Notes under the pieces: model-generated
What the model was told of the DNA's origin: nothing
Seen by the model: the letters and a program-made list of their open reading frames with translations, nothing else
Databases searched by the model: none
Part shown: positions 43,608 through 54,258 of the stretch, piece after piece
Position numbering within the stretch: position 1 is the first letter of the stretch
Layout: each line of letters opens with the position of its first letter
Assembly (NCBI GenBank): GCA_020632295.1
Contig: JACKFU010000001.1
Span: 601,442-665,441 of the forward strand
Origin: Candidatus Peribacteria bacterium
GTDB lineage: Bacteria > Patescibacteriota > Gracilibacteria > Peribacterales > Peribacteraceae
Reading direction: 5' to 3'
Length of the DNA stretch: 64,000 nucleotides
Made by a program: the position numbers and the translations under genes

Positions 43608-44098
43608 AGAGATTGCCTATCAATAAAGACTCGAATAAAGATGCGCTTGAGCACATCCACGGATGCTTCCATTAGCTCACTGAGAAGACTATTAAGTCGG
43701 CGGATTTTACCATAGAGTTCGTTAAGCTGGTGGGCACTTCCCGGCTTACTGGCACGATATGCCTTGCGTCGTACCTGTTTTCTGAGCACTTTAATTTCTT
43801 TTTGGATATAGCTGCTTAAATCACTTCGCATCACTGCAAGTTCTGGCAAGTTGGCGATTGCCTGTGCGCGTGCAGACTGCGTATTATCATCTCCTTGGCT
43901 ACTACTACCTACTGCACCAGATCCAGAAGATCCCATGTCTCCAGATCGATCTTCCCCCATGCGCTCAGACACCTTGTCCATTAAAGAAATAGTATCCAGT
44001 AGCCCCTGGAACTTTTCGGGTTGCGTGACAACCAGATGTGCTGTTTCCGGCGAGTCGTTTGTTTCTGCCTGTTTATCGGGGGATGATCCGCTCGGCAT
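43604..44098 (-). CDS. Hypothetical protein
   Basis: Long ORF. Disordered Ser/Gly-rich centre and helical C-terminus. Confidence 0.45.
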   Translation of the reverse strand: MPSGSSPDKQAETNDSPETAHLVVTQPEKFQGLLDTISLMDKVSERMGEDRSGDMGSSGSGAVGSSSQGDDNTQSARAQAIANLPELAVMRSDLSSYIQKEIKVLRKQVRRKAYRASKPGSAHQLNELYGKIRRLNSLLSELMEASVDVLKRIFIRVFIDRQSL

Positions 44099-44175
44099 AC
44101 GGTTCTATTATCTCATGAAATGGCTTATAATGCAAGGTTTGCGACGTTTGCAAGGTCTGCTATGTTGCCCTTGAT

Positions 44176-44511
44176 ATGCATGAACGTACTATTTTTCATA
44201 AGATTGTTTCCGGCGATATTCCTTGTGAGGCTGTCTACGAGACAGATGATGTTCTAGGATTTAAAGACATCCATCCCAAGGCGCCAACTCATATACTCTT
44301 CATTGCCAAGCGTGAGGAGGATTTTGTAGCATCTATCAACGATCTCACCGAAGAGACAGCACATGTACCAGGACTCCTTATTCGGGCAGCGCAAGACTTT
44401 GCGAACCAGAAGGGGATGAGCGGATACCAGCTGAAGTTCCATGTGGGTAAAGACGGTGGGCAGGAAGTGTTTTACCTGCATTTGCATCTTCTGAGTCAAC
44501 AGAAAGTTTAG
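44176..44511 (+). CDS. HIT-family (histidine triad) protein
   Basis: IFHKIVSGDIPCE and HLHLHLL triad. Confidence 0.88.
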   Translation: MHERTIFHKIVSGDIPCEAVYETDDVLGFKDIHPKAPTHILFIAKREEDFVASINDLTEETAHVPGLLIRAAQDFANQKGMSGYQLKFHVGKDGGQEVFYLHLHLLSQQKV

Positions 44512-45872
44512 GCACTGAAACCTGCAGCTTCCGCTTCTTTCTCGTCTTTGAAGTACACGCGATTCTCTTCTTTAATTTTCTGTCCTGCAGCAGAGTCGAC
44601 TGTGTAGTACTTCTTTCCGGTCTTACTGGCTACAAAAGCAGCATCTGGCGCATCGCCGATGTCCATGCTCAATTGTTCAGCTTTTTTCGCCTCGGACTCT
44701 TCGGACTCTTCAGAATCTTTCTTCTTTGCTTCCTCTTCAGCTTGCTCCCTCTTAATGCGCTCAAGTGTCTCCTTATCAATTGGGAGTAGTGCCTTTACTG
44801 AGAGGCCGATACGACGTTCATCCACATCAATGTTAATGACCTGTGCATCAACTTTTTGGCCAATCTTTAGCACTTCCGAAGCATCTTCTACCTTGTGATG
44901 AGAAAGTTCTGTAAGGTGCACAAGTCCATTGATGTCTTTCTCCAGCTTTAGGAAAGCACCGTAGTCTGCGAAGCGTACAACAGATCCTTGTACTTTTTTA
45001 CCAACAGGGTAGCGCTCGGCAATTTCTTCCCATGGGTCTTTGGTCAGTTGCTTGATGGAAAGGCTGAGCTTGTCTCCATCCAGACCAATAATTTTTACGC
45101 GAACCTTATCGCCAACCTGTGCATGTTCACTAGGGTTTTTTACGTGTCCCCATGCAATTTCAGAGATATGAACAAGCCCCTCAAGACCATCGAAGGCAAC
45201 GAAAATTCCAAACTTTACAATGCCAGTGACCATACCATCTTTTTCGTCTCCAATGTGAAGGGATTCGAGTGACTTCGAACGCTCCTCAGCCATTGCCTCT
45301 CGCTCGGAAACGACAATTTTGCCAGCTTCTTCATCCATCGTAATAATTTTTACAGTGAACGTATGACCAATGTACTTAGAGAGGCGGTGGATAATTTCAC
45401 TACTATCTGCATTGTTGACACGTGGGTAGTGGACCGGAGCCAACTGGGAAACTGGTAGGAAGGTTCGAATACCATCAATGTTTGCCAGGAGACCTCCTTT
45501 ATTTGCTTCCTGTGCGATGAATTTCATTGTTCCCTCGCTATCAATAAGTTCATGGAACTTGTCCCATGCCTTTTGCTGGCTTGCCATACGGAGGCTCAGG
45601 ACTACCATTCCTTCATCGTTCTCCTCTTCGAGGACGAGAGCCATGACTTCATCACCTACCTTTAGGTCTTTGAATGTGTTAAATGAATCGCGTAACTCAC
45701 GCCCAGAGACAATACCTACAGCAACACCATCAATATCAATGAGCAGTTTGTTTTTACCTCGGAATACAACCTTTCCCTCAACGGTTTCGCCGGGGCGAAC
45801 ACGTAAAGGAGTAGGAGCATCTTGGAGGAGCTTCTCCATAAGTTCGTTTTTCTGTACAGTTGCTTGAGCCAT
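44508..45872 (-). CDS. rpsA: 30S ribosomal protein S1 with acidic linker and extra C-terminal module
   Basis: Four S1/OB repeats (GxV....FG.FV....GL.H.SE pattern). ATG at 45872 (MAQATVQKNE). Confidence 0.88.
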   Translation of the reverse strand: MAQATVQKNELMEKLLQDAPTPLRVRPGETVEGKVVFRGKNKLLIDIDGVAVGIVSGRELRDSFNTFKDLKVGDEVMALVLEEENDEGMVVLSLRMASQQKAWDKFHELIDSEGTMKFIAQEANKGGLLANIDGIRTFLPVSQLAPVHYPRVNNADSSEIIHRLSKYIGHTFTVKIITMDEEAGKIVVSEREAMAEERSKSLESLHIGDEKDGMVTGIVKFGIFVAFDGLEGLVHISEIAWGHVKNPSEHAQVGDKVRVKIIGLDGDKLSLSIKQLTKDPWEEIAERYPVGKKVQGSVVRFADYGAFLKLEKDINGLVHLTELSHHKVEDASEVLKIGQKVDAQVINIDVDERRIGLSVKALLPIDKETLERIKREQAEEEAKKKDSEESEESEAKKAEQLSMDIGDAPDAAFVASKTGKKYYTVDSAAGQKIKEENRVYFKDEKEAEAAGFSA

Positions 45873-46007
45873 AGGAAATGAGAGGTGCAAGTGGGAGGAG
45901 TAAATGGGGGGTAGTGTTTGGTCGCCCTTGCACGAGCAACGCACCAAATACCGGCCCATTTTGCGTAAAGAGGCGTACGGAGTCAACGAAATGACACAGA
46001 TTCTTGT

Positions 46008-46739
46008 TTACAGGTATGCAGCACTCGTATTGAGGTCTGAGTGTGGTAGTTTTTGCTCCTGGCTGGTTTTTGGGTTGTAAATTTGGTAGTAGAGCTCAAT
46101 CAGCTCCATTGTGGTTAACCTTTGTGTGCGCAGGCCAACATTATGTAAGCCGGTTTCTACCAGGTTCACACGTTCTTTAAGCTTACTTGCTTTTTCAGCA
46201 AAGTACTTGCGACGGTTGCTTACCTTGCCTGAAGAATCATCAATGCCTATCCATGAAAAGAACTGCGAAAGAGTTGTTTTCTTTTCTTCGGCATCATCAA
46301 GTGGTACAACCACAAGGAAGCGTTTTTGCATGATGTCTGCCACTTCAACGATCTTTTCCATGAAGGTGGCGTAGGCGAGTGTTTGCTCTTTGAGCAGCGT
46401 GTTTGGTTGCTTGTTTGCCATTTCATGAATTTGAGCGATATACGGATCAATATTGACTTTGGTTGAGCGGACAACAATCTGAAGAGGGAATACGAGTGTA
46501 TTTATAAATGATTCATATCCTGCGATAATGCCCTGTTGTTCTGTTTCACTCTTGAGGTTGAAATTCAATGCCTCCACCTCAAGTACAGCGCGAAGACCAC
46601 CTTTCTTGAGGATAACAGTGTCATTCCGAATTTCTGAAATGGGCACGAATCTCTGCGTTGCCGCCTTTGCGTTTTTGTTTCGCTTGCGCACGGTGTCCTT
46701 TGGATTCTTAGGCATGAGATGGGGCAGGGGAGATATCAT
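46008..46739 (-). CDS. VirB4/TrsE N-terminal-domain-like protein without ATPase domain
   Basis: FVPISEIRNDTVILKKGGLRAVLEVEALNFNLKSETEQQGIIAGYESFINTLVFPLQIVVRS resembles N-termini of Gram-positive/CPR VirB4 homologues. No Walker motifs. Probable start at 46715. Confidence 0.4.
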   Translation of the reverse strand: MISPLPHLMPKNPKDTVRKRNKNAKAATQRFVPISEIRNDTVILKKGGLRAVLEVEALNFNLKSETEQQGIIAGYESFINTLVFPLQIVVRSTKVNIDPYIAQIHEMANKQPNTLLKEQTLAYATFMEKIVEVADIMQKRFLVVVPLDDAEEKKTTLSQFFSWIGIDDSSGKVSNRRKYFAEKASKLKERVNLVETGLHNVGLRTQRLTTMELIELYYQIYNPKTSQEQKLPHSDLNTSAAYL

Positions 46740-47217
46740 CTATTGGTTTCTTGCGTTTGTTTACCTGAATACGGTCTTGCTGCACTGGTTCCGGAGGCCC
46801 TTGGTCGAGTACACGACTCAGTTCTTCAATCTGGGATTCTTGCTGCTTCTTTTCTGAGTGTGTACTCGGTTCTTTTTTTGATGGTGTGGACGTAATGATA
46901 TTGATATAGATTCCTTTATGCGGCATCCATACACGTCGAGCGGGCTTATCGATACGCTCTAGAAAGAGAAGAACCATGCGCAACAGGCTGATTCCATTGA
47001 TTTTGACGAATGCAAACAGTGCTCCGATGAGTGTTGGCGTCCATGCTATTGCTGTATGAATACCTGATGCCATGCCGTTCGATCGCATGATCGCCCACAG
47101 GGCGTAGCTGACACCAGAAGAGATCATGATGATCATAATCTGTTTTAGTGTGACCGGGCCGATAATACGGTCCTCTATATAGACGTTTTGTGGGATTTTG
47201 ACAGGGTCAATAGTCAT
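46708..47217 (-). CDS. PrgI-family (VirB3-like) membrane protein
   Basis: KIPQNVYIEDRIIGPVTLKQIMIIMISSGVSYALW matches the PrgI-family N-terminal pattern. Confidence 0.55.
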   Translation of the reverse strand: MTIDPVKIPQNVYIEDRIIGPVTLKQIMIIMISSGVSYALWAIMRSNGMASGIHTAIAWTPTLIGALFAFVKINGISLLRMVLLFLERIDKPARRVWMPHKGIYINIITSTPSKKEPSTHSEKKQQESQIEELSRVLDQGPPEPVQQDRIQVNKRKKPIDDISPAPSHA

Positions 47218-47223
47218 CAGATT

Positions 47224-47232
47224 ATTATAGCA
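47224..47232 (-). promoter_or_regulatory. Extended -10 TGcTATAAT, 6 nt upstream of ATG 47217
   Basis: Reverse complement of attatagca. Confidence 0.5.
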
Positions 47233-47283
47233 TGAACATGCGTTTTCTTCGAGGTTAGGAGAGTTGATTTATTTTAATAATTG

Positions 47284-49935
47284 TTAGCTAATAGCTTCAT
47301 TGATTTCTTCCATTTTTGGCTCTTTCTTAGCTTTTGTTTGGTCTCCATGAAGGAAATCGAAGCGATCTTTTCCTTTTGCTACGATACGAATCGTATCACC
47401 CTCCTCAAAGATCCCCTTAAGGATATGTTCTGCTATCTCATCCTCAATACGTTCCTGAATAACGCGTCGGACGGGCCTTGCTCCATATTCTGGGTCAAAA
47501 CCAAGCTCTCCAAGGAGATGAACTGCTTTTTGGTCAACCTCAATGGAGAAGCCTTTGTTTTTGAGGCGAGCTTCAAGATTGTCGAGGTGAATTTTTACAA
47601 TTTTGCGAATGGAGTGCTGATCGAGAGCATTGAAAACAATGATGTGATCAATACGGTTGATAAACTCCGGACGAAGGTTTGCCTTGAGTTCCTTAATAAC
47701 CTCTTTTCGTTTCTCTTCGTATGCTTTTTCCTCGGCAGTTGCTTCTTCTTCGAGCTTGAATCCAATTTTTGCTGCCTGCTTGGTGAGTTTTGCTGCACCA
47801 ATGTTACTTGTCATAACAATGATAGTATTTCTGAAGTCGACCTGTTTTCCCTGTGCATCGGTGAGCACACCATCTTCGAGAATTTGCAGGAGGATGTTGA
47901 AGAATTCAGGGTGCGCTTTTTCAATTTCATCAAACAGCACTACAGAGTACGGCTTGCGACGTACAGCTTCTGTTAGCTGTCCACCTTCTTCGTATCCGAC
48001 AAATCCTGCTGTTGCGCCAATGAGACGAGAGACATTGTGTCTCTCCATGAACTCGGACATATCAATCTTAATGAGTGCATCTTCGCGACTAAACACTTCA
48101 CTTGCTATTGTACGAACAAGTTCTGTCTTACCGACACCTGTTGGCCCTAGGAAGAGGAATGAGCCGATTGGCCTACGCTGATCTCCAATACCAATACGAC
48201 TTCTGCGAATGGCACGCGCTACTTTTTTGATTGCATCCTCCTGTCCAACGACATGTTTGCGCATTGTCATCTCCAGATTTTGGAGCCTCTTCTTATCGGA
48301 TTTAAGCAGCTTGGTCACCGGAATACCCGTCATACGACCAATAACATGTGCGATGTCATCTTCGTCAATTTTAAGAGGAGAACGACGGTCTCCGTCAGAA
48401 GCCGCACGCATCTCTTGAATCTTTTCCTGTAAGATTTGCTGTTCCTGTTTTAGCTTAAGTGCAGTGTGGTACTTTTGTTCTTTTACAGCTGTTTGCTGCT
48501 TCATGATAAGCTTTTCTAATTTATCTTCTGTCTTCTTGAGTTCTGGATTTACGTCCATTTCCTGCAGACTACGACCTGCAGAGGCTTCATCTAGGACATC
48601 AATTGCTTTGTCTGGCAGGAACCGATCTGCAATGTAGCGCTTACTGAGTGTTACCGCAGCTTCAAGTGCTTCATCACTGATTTCCAGGTTATGGAATTCT
48701 TCGAAGCTCTTACGAATACCTTGAAGAATGATAATGGAATCTTCGACCGTTGGTTCGTTCACTGTGATCGATTGGAAACGTCGTTCTAAGGCGCGATCTT
48801 TTTCGATCGTGCGGTACTCATCGAGTGTGGTGGCACCAATGACTTGGATGGAACCACGACTGAGAGCTGGCTTCAAAATATTTGCCGCATCAAGTGAGCC
48901 TTCAGCACTGCCGGCGCCAACAACGGTATGAATTTCATCGATGAAGAGGATAATTTCGTTTTCACTCTGCAGTGCCTCTTTGATGATGTCGTCGAAACGC
49001 TGCTCGAACTCACCACGGTATTTGGTACCGGCAATAAGTGACCCCATGTTGAGGACAAGTACGCGTTTATTTTTCAGTGGCGTTGGTACGTTCCCCTCAG
49101 CAATCCGTACTGCAAGACCTTCAACGATTGCGGTCTTTCCTACACCTGGCTCACCAATGAGCACAGGGTTGTTCTTTGTTTTACGGTTGAGAATATGGAC
49201 AACACGCTCAATCTCTTCATCTCGTCCGATAATTGGGTCAATCTTTTTGTCCTTTGCGAGCGCAATGAGGTCGTCGGTGAAGTAATCGAGGACAGGTGTT
49301 TTACTTTTGCCGTCACTCTTTTGTTTGCGAAGCCCTTCGGGGTCTGCATTTGCCCCTGGTGCCATGCCACTTTGCATGCCAACAATTGCGCCTTGAAGTC
49401 CTTGGAAGAACGATTCAAGCGATTGTTCCATATTCCTGCTTTGTGACTTAAACTGCGAAATCTGCCCAAACATCTCTTCGACGTGTGCTTTGAGATCTTC
49501 GGGCTCTACTTGCATCTGCTCAAGCAGTATTGTTGCGGCATTTTTTCCGGTCGATACAAGTGAGTGAAGCAAGTGTTCCGTTCCCACGTTAGCATGACGG
49601 AACTTGTGTGCGGTAATAACACTTTGTTCAATTACGTTATGAAGGTATGTGGAGAGACCGTGCTTAATGTGTTTTCCTTCAATGCTCGGCGTCTTCATCG
49701 ATTTCAGCAGTATGCGCACGTTTTCCTGTGTAACTCCTGCGCCGGTAAAGATAGAAAACCCAAGGGATTTTGGAATTGAGAGGAGTCCCAGGAGCAAGTG
49801 CTCTGTTCCTATGTAGTTACTCTTCATGTTCTTTGCTTCTTGCTCTGCAATTTGTAGTGCAAGTTTAGCGTTGGGAGTAAAACGATCGAAGGGGTGCATA
49901 GGAGGAGTGGAAAGAGGAGAGAGGAAAGTTTCCAA
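47284..49935 (-). CDS. clpC: ATP-dependent Clp ATPase, ClpC-like
   Basis: Two Clp_N repeats, two AAA+ modules ([20 protein letters not shown]), short UVR-like middle domain, IGF loop. Confidence 0.9.
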   Translation of the reverse strand: METFLSPLSTPPMHPFDRFTPNAKLALQIAEQEAKNMKSNYIGTEHLLLGLLSIPKSLGFSIFTGAGVTQENVRILLKSMKTPSIEGKHIKHGLSTYLHNVIEQSVITAHKFRHANVGTEHLLHSLVSTGKNAATILLEQMQVEPEDLKAHVEEMFGQISQFKSQSRNMEQSLESFFQGLQGAIVGMQSGMAPGANADPEGLRKQKSDGKSKTPVLDYFTDDLIALAKDKKIDPIIGRDEEIERVVHILNRKTKNNPVLIGEPGVGKTAIVEGLAVRIAEGNVPTPLKNKRVLVLNMGSLIAGTKYRGEFEQRFDDIIKEALQSENEIILFIDEIHTVVGAGSAEGSLDAANILKPALSRGSIQVIGATTLDEYRTIEKDRALERRFQSITVNEPTVEDSIIILQGIRKSFEEFHNLEISDEALEAAVTLSKRYIADRFLPDKAIDVLDEASAGRSLQEMDVNPELKKTEDKLEKLIMKQQTAVKEQKYHTALKLKQEQQILQEKIQEMRAASDGDRRSPLKIDEDDIAHVIGRMTGIPVTKLLKSDKKRLQNLEMTMRKHVVGQEDAIKKVARAIRRSRIGIGDQRRPIGSFLFLGPTGVGKTELVRTIASEVFSREDALIKIDMSEFMERHNVSRLIGATAGFVGYEEGGQLTEAVRRKPYSVVLFDEIEKAHPEFFNILLQILEDGVLTDAQGKQVDFRNTIIVMTSNIGAAKLTKQAAKIGFKLEEEATAEEKAYEEKRKEVIKELKANLRPEFINRIDHIIVFNALDQHSIRKIVKIHLDNLEARLKNKGFSIEVDQKAVHLLGELGFDPEYGARPVRRVIQERIEDEIAEHILKGIFEEGDTIRIVAKGKDRFDFLHGDQTKAKKEPKMEEINEAIS

Positions 49936-50073
49936 GTGTGAACCCTGTCATTATCAGTCTACTTGTTGGAGTGATAAATGTCGATGAAGGTTCCAAACAT
50001 TTTATCAAAAAATCTCTCTTCTGTGCAGTGACAAGATGGTGTTAATTATCGTTTTGTATTGATTTGAATACTA

Positions 50074-50406
50074 TCATTTACATTTTTGCATCACCGCTTC
50101 AATTTGCTTATACACTTGATAGCATTCTGCAACTGCAGTTAAGAGCGCTGTTTTATCTGGTTCTTTTGGATATTCATTTGCAAAACTTGCGTTGAGTAGA
50201 AGCCAGCTTCTATTGCTTCCCATTTGTTTCCCAAGTTCATACGCAGCGGTAAGAGTCGTCACGTTCTGTATAGATTGCAACAATTGCCTTAGCGACTGCT
50301 GCGTTTCTTGTATCACTGCAAGTTTTTCCTGAGTCTCGGCAGAGTATTGAGGAACATCTTCTCTCTCCCTAAAGATACGAGGGCTTTTATAAGGATTTGT
50401 CTTCAT
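50074..50406 (-). CDS. Hypothetical 110-aa helical protein
   Basis: ORF with 4-nt overlap to the upstream receiver-domain gene. Confidence 0.45.
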   Translation of the reverse strand: MKTNPYKSPRIFREREDVPQYSAETQEKLAVIQETQQSLRQLLQSIQNVTTLTAAYELGKQMGSNRSWLLLNASFANEYPKEPDKTALLTAVAECYQVYKQIEAVMQKCK

Positions 50407-50786
50407 TGTTTCGTATTCAAATATGTATTCCAGTATGGTAATTCATCACCTTTGCTTGTTACATCAATCACTATACCCGATTGAGCAAGTTGGACACGTA
50501 CTGCGAGCATATTATCTTGTACATGATGGCTGCAGAGGCAAATTTTTTCCAATTGCTCCAGTACTTCCTTTCTTTGCGCCAGTAGCGCAAGGAGAGTCTC
50601 AGGTCCATTCATTGGCATATCTGTGTCGAGACGCAGCGCTGTAATGGATGTTGTATTCGTTAGCATTCTTGTCACCTCGCTACCGTCTGTTGCTGTAGAG
50701 ACAGTCGCACCAATGCCTACAAGCTGATCTGCTAATATACGTAGCTGTGTGAGGTTATCGTCGACAACAAGAATATGTTTTTCCAT
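50403..50786 (-). CDS. Stand-alone response-regulator receiver (REC)-like protein
   Basis: MEKHILVVDDN...LDTDMPMNG pattern. ATG at 50786. Confidence 0.6.
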   Translation of the reverse strand: MEKHILVVDDNLTQLRILADQLVGIGATVSTATDGSEVTRMLTNTTSITALRLDTDMPMNGPETLLALLAQRKEVLEQLEKICLCSHHVQDNMLAVRVQLAQSGIVIDVTSKGDELPYWNTYLNTKQ

Positions 50787-50820
50787 AGCGGAGGATCTTA
50801 TGGTGCTTGGCAACCTGTGG

Positions 50821-52068
50821 TCAAGATTTCTTTCCACTAGTTCTCCAGTCTTCTAGGAAGATAGAAATCAGTGTTGTTGTTGGTACTGCAAGCATAACAC
50901 CAAGTACGGGGTGAATCGTATCGGGGAAGCTGACACCGACAAGCATAGCAAAGAGAATAGCGATAGGAGAGAGGCCGACAGCACGCTTCATAATAAGCGG
51001 AACAAGGAGGTTGTTCTCGCACCATTGAATAATGTAGTACACACCAGCAACAACGAGCCCCATGACAAAACCTCCTTGGGTAAACGCAATGAGGACAGAA
51101 GGAACAGCGGCAATGAATGGACCAACTGCAGGAATAAACTCACAGATACCCGCAAGCACGGCAAGGGTTAGCGCATAGGGCATACGCAGGATAAGTAGAG
51201 CGATGAGAGTTAAGGTAAAGATGGCAAGCATCAGTAGAAGCTCCCCACGAGCCCATTGACCGATTTTGGTATGCATCGCTTCAAACTTGTTATCAAGGTA
51301 GTTGCGGTAGGAGCTTGGGAAAAAGCTGCGCATCCAACTGAGGATTCCCTCTTTTTCTATTTGCATAAAAAACGCAAGAACCATGACGACAAGCATGCTC
51401 ACAAAAAAGCTTACAAGTCCTGTTGCCAATCTTCCTGCGAATCGCACACTTCCTTGTGCTGCCGTAGAAAGGCTTTGGCCAAACTGTGTGAGCGCATCTG
51501 CAAACTGATTAATGTTCATTGTTTGTAGCGTTGATTTTGCAAGCCCTGTCATTCGTAGATTCACTTCGTCTTTTACAAATGGGAGGTTGATATGAGGATT
51601 ACCAAGGAATAGGTCTACCTCGCTTGAGATAATATCGGCAATTCCCTTAATTTGATCTGCGATAATAGGAATAAACGATAGTAGAAGGAATAGCAGAATG
51701 AAAATAGCAAAGAAGTAGTGCACCAAAATAGCAAGTCCTCGTGGAATGCCGTGCTGCTCCATTTTTTCAACACTTGGGTCGATAACTGCTGCAACAAACA
51801 TTGCAAGTAGCAGCAGAAGAATCTTGTGCCGGAGCTGGTAAAGAGCCAGTGCACCTAAGATGATAGCCAAAATACTAAACGCTCCACGGACAATGCTTTG
51901 CACGGAGATGTGCATTACCACCTCATCTAATTTTTTTGATTCAGGCATGCGCACTGTTTTTTTCTTGCTCTCTTGCTCGATTGGCATATTTCGCTGCAGG
52001 AGTCGCTGTGCTTTTTTGCCAATGACACGAATAGAGGTGAATGGGTTCTGGTCTTTTTTCTTCGGCAT
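50821..52068 (-). CDS. AI-2E family transporter (PerM/UPF0118)
   Basis: LAVLAGICEFIPAVGPFIAAVPSVLIAF motif. Polytopic. Confidence 0.75.
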   Translation of the reverse strand: MPKKKDQNPFTSIRVIGKKAQRLLQRNMPIEQESKKKTVRMPESKKLDEVVMHISVQSIVRGAFSILAIILGALALYQLRHKILLLLLAMFVAAVIDPSVEKMEQHGIPRGLAILVHYFFAIFILLFLLLSFIPIIADQIKGIADIISSEVDLFLGNPHINLPFVKDEVNLRMTGLAKSTLQTMNINQFADALTQFGQSLSTAAQGSVRFAGRLATGLVSFFVSMLVVMVLAFFMQIEKEGILSWMRSFFPSSYRNYLDNKFEAMHTKIGQWARGELLLMLAIFTLTLIALLILRMPYALTLAVLAGICEFIPAVGPFIAAVPSVLIAFTQGGFVMGLVVAGVYYIIQWCENNLLVPLIMKRAVGLSPIAILFAMLVGVSFPDTIHPVLGVMLAVPTTTLISIFLEDWRTSGKKS

Positions 52069-52080
52069 AGAAGAGGTGGG

Positions 52081-52437
52081 TTAACCGGTAATGGCTGAAA
52101 TAATAAAGTCCATGATGAAAAATGATGTTGCTGCCATAATAAAGCCAATAATAGCCCAGGTCAGCCTATTTTTACCAGCTTCGCTACTTCCTCCGGGAAG
52201 ACTCCCTGTAACAATTTCGTAGCCTGCAAACATAATCATGAGTATGCAAATGCCGGCAGCAAACCCAAAAACAAATTGAATCAGATGTGCAAGAAATGCT
52301 GGAAGACACTGTCCGGCGTTAATAGTTCCTTCTGCAAAATCGCACCCCATATTTTTGAGTGCAGGCGTAATAATAGATGGAGTTTGTGCATATGCTGTTG
52401 CCACAAGGAGATGTGTGAATTGCCACATGGTGCCCAT
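52081..52437 (-). CDS. T4SS-pilin-like (TrbC/VirB2-type) small membrane protein
   Basis: Signal ending AYAQ, Cys pair, TM, short Gly/Ser loop with basic residues, then a second TM. Confidence 0.5.
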   Translation of the reverse strand: MGTMWQFTHLLVATAYAQTPSIITPALKNMGCDFAEGTINAGQCLPAFLAHLIQFVFGFAAGICILMIMFAGYEIVTGSLPGGSSEAGKNRLTWAIIGFIMAATSFFIMDFIISAITG

Positions 52438-52505
52438 ATTTTGCCATGAAAAAAGACTTCAATGCTTGTTTCTGGCTTTACACAGGGAAATGGTTATATT
52501 GTTAT

Positions 52506-53474
52506 ATGGTTATGCCATTTTCTTGGAGTACCTGTCCTCGGCCCATTGTTGCCCTCGCGCCTATGGCAGGCGTTACCGACGCGTCGTATCGTCAACTTAT
52601 TAAACGCGTTGCGCCAGAGACGATTGTATATACAGAGTTTTTGAGTACGGATGCAATTCACTACGGTGCAAAGCGAACCATGAAAGAGCTAGAATTTGAT
52701 GCGCAAAAGGAGCACCCATTTATCGTTCAAGTCTTTGGAAAAGAACCTGAACATTTTCTTTCTGCCGCAAAAGTTATTGAGCAGATGGGTGCAGACGGTA
52801 TTGATATCAACATGGGATGCCCTGCCGCAAAAGTGGTATCTAGTTGTCATGGATCTGCACTCATAAAAAATGCAGACCTTGCGAAGCGTCTTGTTGAAGC
52901 AACAAAAAAGGAGGTCAGTATTCCGGTAAGTGTTAAAACGCGACTTGGATGGGATACCTGTGGAACACTCATTGAATTTTGCAAAGGCCTTGTTGATGCT
53001 GGTGCTGATGCACTTGCTATTCATGGACGTACATATGCAGAAAAGTTTTCTGGCGAAGCCGATTGGGAACCGATCTATCAACTTAAAGAAGAGGTAAGCG
53101 TTCCAGTAATTGGCAATGGAGATATTTGCAGCGCTCAGGATGCTCTTGAAAAGATTGGGAACCTTGATGGTGTTATGGTGGGGAGAGGTACTTTCGGGAA
53201 CCCTTGGCTCATGAAAGATATTGTTGAAGCCCTCTCAGCAAGAGGAGCGATGATAATTCCGACAAAAGATCGAATGACATTTGAAGAGAAAATTCCATTC
53301 ATCATTGAGCATTGCCGCCTTGCGGTAGAGGTAAAAGGAGAGAAGAGGGGAATGCTTGAAATGCGCAGGCACCTTGCTAGTTACATTAAAGGCATTGATG
53401 GAGCAAAAGACCTCCGATCCAAACTCGTTCGTGTTGAGTCTGTTGCGGAGGTCGAGCGTATACTCTGTGCTTAG
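52506..53474 (+). CDS. tRNA-dihydrouridine synthase
   Basis: IVALAPMAGVTDASYRQL, DINMGCP, HGRT motifs. Track start 52446 lies only 8 nt from the divergent start, so the in-frame ATG at 52506 behind a TATATT box is preferred. Confidence 0.88.
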   Translation: MVMPFSWSTCPRPIVALAPMAGVTDASYRQLIKRVAPETIVYTEFLSTDAIHYGAKRTMKELEFDAQKEHPFIVQVFGKEPEHFLSAAKVIEQMGADGIDINMGCPAAKVVSSCHGSALIKNADLAKRLVEATKKEVSIPVSVKTRLGWDTCGTLIEFCKGLVDAGADALAIHGRTYAEKFSGEADWEPIYQLKEEVSVPVIGNGDICSAQDALEKIGNLDGVMVGRGTFGNPWLMKDIVEALSARGAMIIPTKDRMTFEEKIPFIIEHCRLAVEVKGEKRGMLEMRRHLASYIKGIDGAKDLRSKLVRVESVAEVERILCA

Positions 53475-54148
53475 AGAGCAATCTTTACACCTGGTCCCAT
53501 ACTTGGGCTCACGGAGATACTTTTAATGTACTCACCCTTGATGCCTGAAGGTTTCGCATCTTTGATAGCGGTGAGGATAGTTTCCAAGTTCTCTTGTAGC
53601 TTCTTGCTACCAAACGACATTTTTCCAAACGCTGCATGGATAATACCTTGCTTGTCCATTTTACACTCAATTCGTCCTTTCTTCAGCTCGTCAATTGTTT
53701 TCGCAATATCTGTTGTTACTGTTCCTGCTTTAGGGTTTGGCATTAGGCCGCGTTGACCTAGAATTTTTGCCACTTTACCAAGATCTTTCATAACGGTTGG
53801 TGTAGCGATAGCGACATCGAAATCAATTTTCTCTTGTTCAACGTCAGGAAGAAGTGTCGAAATACCAGCGATATCTGCACCAGCTTTCTTAGCGGCATCA
53901 GCTTCTCCATCTGCAACGAATGCAGCGATACGCACTTTCTTTCCTGTCCCATGTGGCAATGCAATTGTTGTACGAACAAGCTGGTCTGCCTGGGTAGTGT
54001 CGGCACTAATGTTGATGTGCACCTCGGCAGTGGCATCAAAGGTAACGGTACTAAGACTCGGAAGGAGCTCGGTCGCTTCTGATACAGAATAGAATTTGCC
54101 CTCTTCTACAAGAGCGGCTTTTTCCTTATATTTTTTACCTCTTGGCAT
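53471..54148 (-). CDS. rplA: 50S ribosomal protein L1
   Basis: MPRGKKYKEKAALVEE... and GTVTTDIAKTIDELKKGRIE motifs. ATG at 54148. Confidence 0.93.
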   Translation of the reverse strand: MPRGKKYKEKAALVEEGKFYSVSEATELLPSLSTVTFDATAEVHINISADTTQADQLVRTTIALPHGTGKKVRIAAFVADGEADAAKKAGADIAGISTLLPDVEQEKIDFDVAIATPTVMKDLGKVAKILGQRGLMPNPKAGTVTTDIAKTIDELKKGRIECKMDKQGIIHAAFGKMSFGSKKLQENLETILTAIKDAKPSGIKGEYIKSISVSPSMGPGVKIAL

Positions 54149-54258
54149 GGTTATAGGGGGAATGTGGTGCAAATGTCCCAAGCGAACGTCGAGGGACTCC
54201 CACAAGTAAAACAGGGCATATCTTTGCCTGTAGCGTACGTGTAGGCAAGAAAAAACTC

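Noticed and set aside
47281-47976. 231-aa plus-strand ORF
   Set aside because: It is antisense to the strongly supported clpC-like gene and is Phe/Leu/Cys-rich with low complexity.
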